Shown here piece after piece: positions 60,392-64,000 of a DNA stretch of 64,000 nucleotides. A program made the position numbers and the translations under genes. The DNA is from Longimicrobiales bacterium (GTDB lineage: Bacteria; Gemmatimonadota; Gemmatimonadetes; Longimicrobiales; Gaopeijiaceae), in contig CBDAON010000004.1 in assembly GCA_965198065.1 (NCBI GenBank), positions 96,001-160,000 of the forward strand, written 5' to 3'. The notes below the pieces were generated by a model that did not search any database, had not been told where the DNA came from, and worked only from the letters and a program-made list of their open reading frames with translations. Every line of letters starts with the position of its first letter. Position 1 is the stretch's first letter.

Positions 60392-62559
60392 ATGAGCAAA
60401 GCCACCGGTCCCCTCTCCTCAGTGATGATCGCCGCGTTGGCAGCTGTTTCATGCTCGTCCGGACAGCGCGCTGATCTCGCGTTCAGAGCAATCATACCGA
60501 CCCCACCTAGCCATCCGTCGGGTGAGGGTCCAACCGTATGGATCGATGAGGCGCACAACAACGGCGTTCGAACTGCGGGCCGTTATGAACCGTTCGTGCG
60601 GGTGCTTGAGGCGGACGGATTCGTTGTTCAGCCGTTCACGTCACTCATTACGCCCGAAGCGTTGAGCGCCGTACACATGCTTGTGATTGGCAACGCGCTC
60701 CATACGCAGAACGTCGACGATTGGTCGTTAATCGAGCGCGGTCGGCTACCCACCACACCCAACCCGGCCGTCTCCGCCTTCTCACGCTCTGAGATCGCAG
60801 CTCTGGGTCAGTGGGTGGATAGAGGCGGATCCTTGCTGTTGCTGGCAGACCACATGCCGTTTGCGGGGGCAGCCGCGACGCTAGGCGAGAGCTTCGGCTT
60901 CACCTTTATCGACGGCTTTGTAGAGGATCCCGATACCTGGTGACCTGACCCGCTGAAACGAGACCAGGTGCAATGTTAGGATCGACCTGGTCCGAAGCTT
61001 TTCAGCGAGGAGGTCAGGATGGGAAGGAAGCGACACACTCCGGAGCAGATCATCACTGCAAGTGCGGGAGGCAGAGGTCGGTCTGGCCGGCGGCAAATCC
61101 GTGAAGCTGATCAGGGGGGAGCTCGGCATCACCGAGCAGACGTACTACCGGTGGAGGCGGGAGTACGGCGGGATGAAGGTGAGCCAGGCACGGCGCCTGA
61201 AGGAGCTCGAGCGCGAGAACGGGCGCCTGAAGCGAGCAGTGGCGGACTTGACACTGGACAAGCTGATCGTGGAGGAAGCGGCCAAGGGAAACTTCTGAGC
61301 CCCGAGGGCCGACGACGTTGTGTGGTGCGTGTACGTCAGCAGCTCGGGGCGTCGGAGAGGAGAGCGTGCCGGGTGCTCGGGCAGCCACGCACGACCCAGC
61401 GCGGGGCGAGGAGAGTGGCGAGTGACGAGGGGGCGCTCCGAGGTGATATCGTGCGACTCGCGAGTCGATTCGGCCGCTACGGCTAGCGACGCGTCACGGA
61501 CACGCTCCGCATCGAGGGCTGGGGGGTGAAGCACAAGCGGGTGGAGCGGATCTGGAGGCAGGAGGGGCTGAAGGTCCCGGAGCGGCAGCCGAAGCGAGGT
61601 CGGCTGTGGCTCAACGACGGATCGTGCATCCGGCTGAGGCCGCTGTATCGGGGCCACGTCTGGTCGTACGACTTCGTGGCCTCGAGGACGCACGACGGGC
61701 GTGCGCTGAAGCTGCTGACAGTGCTGGACGAGCACACGAGGGAGTGCCTGGCGATCGTGGTGGCTCGCAAGATCCGCTCGCACGACGTGCTCGAGGTGCT
61801 GGACGATCTGTTCGTCCGACACGGGCCTCCCGAGTATCTGAGGTCGGACAACGGACCGGAGTTCACCGCGAAGCCCGTGCGGCGGTGGTTGGGGCGCGTG
61901 GGCGTCGAGACGCTCTTTATCGAGCCGGGCAGCCCGTGGGAGAACGGCTACAACGAGAGCTTCAACGGCAAGCTCAGGGACGAGCTGTTGAACGGGGAGA
62001 TCTTCTGCTCGTTGGCGGAGGCGGCCGTGCTGGTCGAGCAATGGAGGCGCGAGTACGATACCGTCCGACCCCACAGCGCCTGCGGCGGCTTTCCCCCGGC
62101 CCCTGAGGCGATTAAGCCGTCGCCCTGGTTCCTGAGGATGCCCGTCCTTCACCGCCCTCCACAGGTGCTGGGACTAACATAGGTTGTGGTACCGCTCTTC
62201 GGGGCAGGTCACTGGGACCCGGCCACCTTCGGTCGAACAGACGGGACTCTCATAGACCATGTGATCACACGTGGGAGGCGACCGGGAACGCGTGTCGACT
62301 CCGTCGCGACGTTCGACGGACAAGCGTTCGTGGCCGAGGGGGCCGAACCTCTGATGATCCTCTCACGTCAATACGTTTCGTACCAGCCGAGTATTCCGTG
62401 GGATATTGATAGCGACACGCCTACCGTATCCGTGGCCGGATGGCTCCAGGGCGCCGTCAAGCGAATTGGCAGAGGGCGGATGGCCGTGTTCGGCGACGCC
62501 CCCAGGGCGCGCAGAACTTAGATCTCCTGCTCAACGTAATGCACTGGCTAACGGACTAG
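60392..62559 (+). pseudogene. DUF4350-like lipoprotein disrupted by IS3
   Basis: IDEAHNN, GGSLLLLADHMPF; the frame resumes after the IS (DPATF...GRMAVFGD); tail AQNLDLLLNVMHWL is in a shifted frame. Confidence 0.75.
60941..62211 (+). mobile_element. IS3-family element A, copy 3 (defective)
   Basis: Same IRs; 4-bp TSD CTGG; +1 A in orfA and TAG at 61484-61486; DDE region otherwise in frame. Confidence 0.95.
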
Positions 62560-62562
62560 CAC

Positions 62563-62833
62563 ATGGAAACACTTGCCCGCTTAGGTGGCGCCCTTTCACG
62601 GTCTCGCCTGCATCGTTGGTTCTCTCGTGGCTGCCACTTACTACGCTGACAGCCTGAGCCTACTAGGGGCCAGTGTGCTCATGCTCTGGCTCATCTCTGG
62701 GGCTGTGCTGAGCCACCGATACCTAGAACTTGAAGGCGCCGCCGAGCATCGCGGCTTTCAATGGATGCGGGATCGGTTGCTGGAGGCCTCGGGGGAGCAG
62801 ACGAGAGGGATCATCTCCGGGGAGGAGCCGTGA
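62563..62833 (+). CDS. Small membrane protein (start uncertain, possibly frameshifted)
   Basis: Two hydrophobic helices in ORF 62585..62833. Confidence 0.4.
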
Positions 62834-62915
62834 GAGGGATCCCAGGCTCGGGTCGAGGTCCGCACACTGAGGTGAACGGAGCGCGAGACCCCTTGGATTG
62901 CCCAGACTTCATGTG

Positions 62916-63404
62916 ATGATCAAGTACACCGATAGCGCCGACTCACTCAGCGTTCAGCAGCTGCCACCGGGCTTCTTTCAGGGGTGGCCGAACCCTCCGT
63001 CCCGAGAGACTCACCTGAGGCTCCTTCGAGAGAGCGACGCCGTCGTGTTGGCCCTGGAGGCGGGATCTGGGGCGGTTGTAGGATTCATCACCGGAATATC
63101 CGACGGAGTGCTGGCCGCTTACATTCCCCTTCTCGAGGTACTTCCCGCCTACCGGGGTCGTGGCATCGGGAAGGAGCTGGTGCGACGAATGCTTGATCGG
63201 CTCGGGCACCTCTACATGGTAGATTTGCTCTGTCTTCCTGATCTACAGCCGTTCTATCGCTCCCTCGGCATGCAGAGGCGGACGTTTGACGGGTCCGCAA
63301 CAGTTCCCGGAGAAGCGGCTTTGCGTTCCGGATTAGGAGACGGGAAATTGCAGGATTCGCGCGGCCCTGTTTCACAGTCCAACGCCTTTGGAGCACTTCC
63401 CTGA
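62916..63404 (+). CDS. GNAT family N-acetyltransferase
   Basis: YIPLLEVLPAYRGRGIGKELV and FYRSLG; the tail after ~63280 looks non-homologous. Confidence 0.85.
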   Translation: MIKYTDSADSLSVQQLPPGFFQGWPNPPSRETHLRLLRESDAVVLALEAGSGAVVGFITGISDGVLAAYIPLLEVLPAYRGRGIGKELVRRMLDRLGHLYMVDLLCLPDLQPFYRSLGMQRRTFDGSATVPGEAALRSGLGDGKLQDSRGPVSQSNAFGALP

Positions 63405-63454
63405 CCGAGCCTGCGGCTCCGACGAGCGGGCTTCCCTCCCGGAGCTGGCTCTCC

Positions 63455-64000
63455 ATGACCGCGCCCTTCCTGGGTCCGGACAATCGCCGGAGCATCCTCC
63501 AGCTCACGGGGACCGCCGCGGCATTCTTCTTCCTCTGGGCCGCGGCATACCGGGCACTCGAGATTAGCTATTTGATCACGCTGGTGCTGGCACTGTCGGC
63601 CGCCATGTTCCTTGTACGGCTCTTCATGATTCAGCACGACTGCGGTCACGGATCGTACTTCACCTCGCGGCGGGCACAGGACGCGGTCGGCTTCTGCATC
63701 GGCATCCTCACCTTGACTCCCTACTATTACTGGCGCAGGACACACGCCCACCACCACGCGCACAGCGGGGATCTGGACCTGCGGGGGTTTGGAGATGTCG
63801 ACACGCTCACGGTGCGCGAGTACGTCGCCCTGTCTCGGGCTCAGCGACTTTGGTACCGGGTGTACCGGAATCCGGCGACTCTCCTTCTCGCCGGCCCGCT
63901 CTTCCACTTCGTGCTGAAGCACCGCTACCCGTGGGAGGTGCCGCGAGATTGGAAGCAGGCGTGGGCCAGCATATGGTGGACGAACGCTGGCATCGCGGGA
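63455..64000 (+). CDS. Fatty acid desaturase (runs off the window)
   Basis: Translated by hand: RLFMIQHDCGH and HAHHH histidine boxes, TM helices; start may be further upstream (63401). Confidence 0.9.
   Translation, partial: MTAPFLGPDNRRSILQLTGTAAAFFFLWAAAYRALEISYLITLVLALSAAMFLVRLFMIQHDCGHGSYFTSRRAQDAVGFCIGILTLTPYYYWRRTHAHHHAHSGDLDLRGFGDVDTLTVREYVALSRAQRLWYRVYRNPATLLLAGPLFHFVLKHRYPWEVPRDWKQAWASIWWTNAGIAG

Noticed and set aside
24852..61486. Amber recoding suggested by many in-frame TAGs (IS3, IS256, integrase, PPC fragment, 45700-46190)
   Set aside because: Where the original residue can be inferred it differs (Tyr, Glu) and is one substitution from TAG; core genes such as lspA, mlaF and mlaD end normally at TAG
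59757..63404. Integron cassette array of short co-oriented genes
   Set aside because: I found no RYYYAAC/GTTRRRY attC stems and no integron integrase

Overview
GC-rich bacterial window. The gene content suggests Gemmatimonadota, possibly host-associated (inference). Positions 1-23.7 kb are an ordinary envelope/housekeeping backbone: lspA, CNNM/CBS protein, osmC, PAS histidine kinase, mlaEFD, a peptidase-propeller-Omp85 fusion, ridA, lipid kinase, lpxH, lptE-like, hemC, rph, rdgB and a cytochrome c-fused copper monooxygenase-like gene. From tRNA-Pro (23600) onward it is a decaying plasticity zone that also holds tRNA-Ile2. It carries three copies of one IS3 that all share an in-frame amber stop, two intact copies of a second IS3, a broken IS256, and scattered ICE remnants (ardC, a Rep/relaxase-like fragment, virB6/virB8, a tyrosine integrase). 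Also present are a TA pair, an IS-disrupted type I RM locus, a truncated eukaryote-like LRR gene, an OprC-like TonB receptor and many fused gene fragments. The most distinctive object is a complete 2,968-bp IS1595-family element with 30-bp perfect IRs and an 8-bp TSD. It carries a collagen-stalked trypsin-like lipoprotein, two small ORFs and a hairpin-rich spacer. The window ends with soxCD-like, cyclase and flavin amine oxidase genes, a GNAT and a fatty acid desaturase. Single-base indels in otherwise intact genes suggest some frameshifts are assembly errors. All calls come from manual motif recognition; no database search was run.
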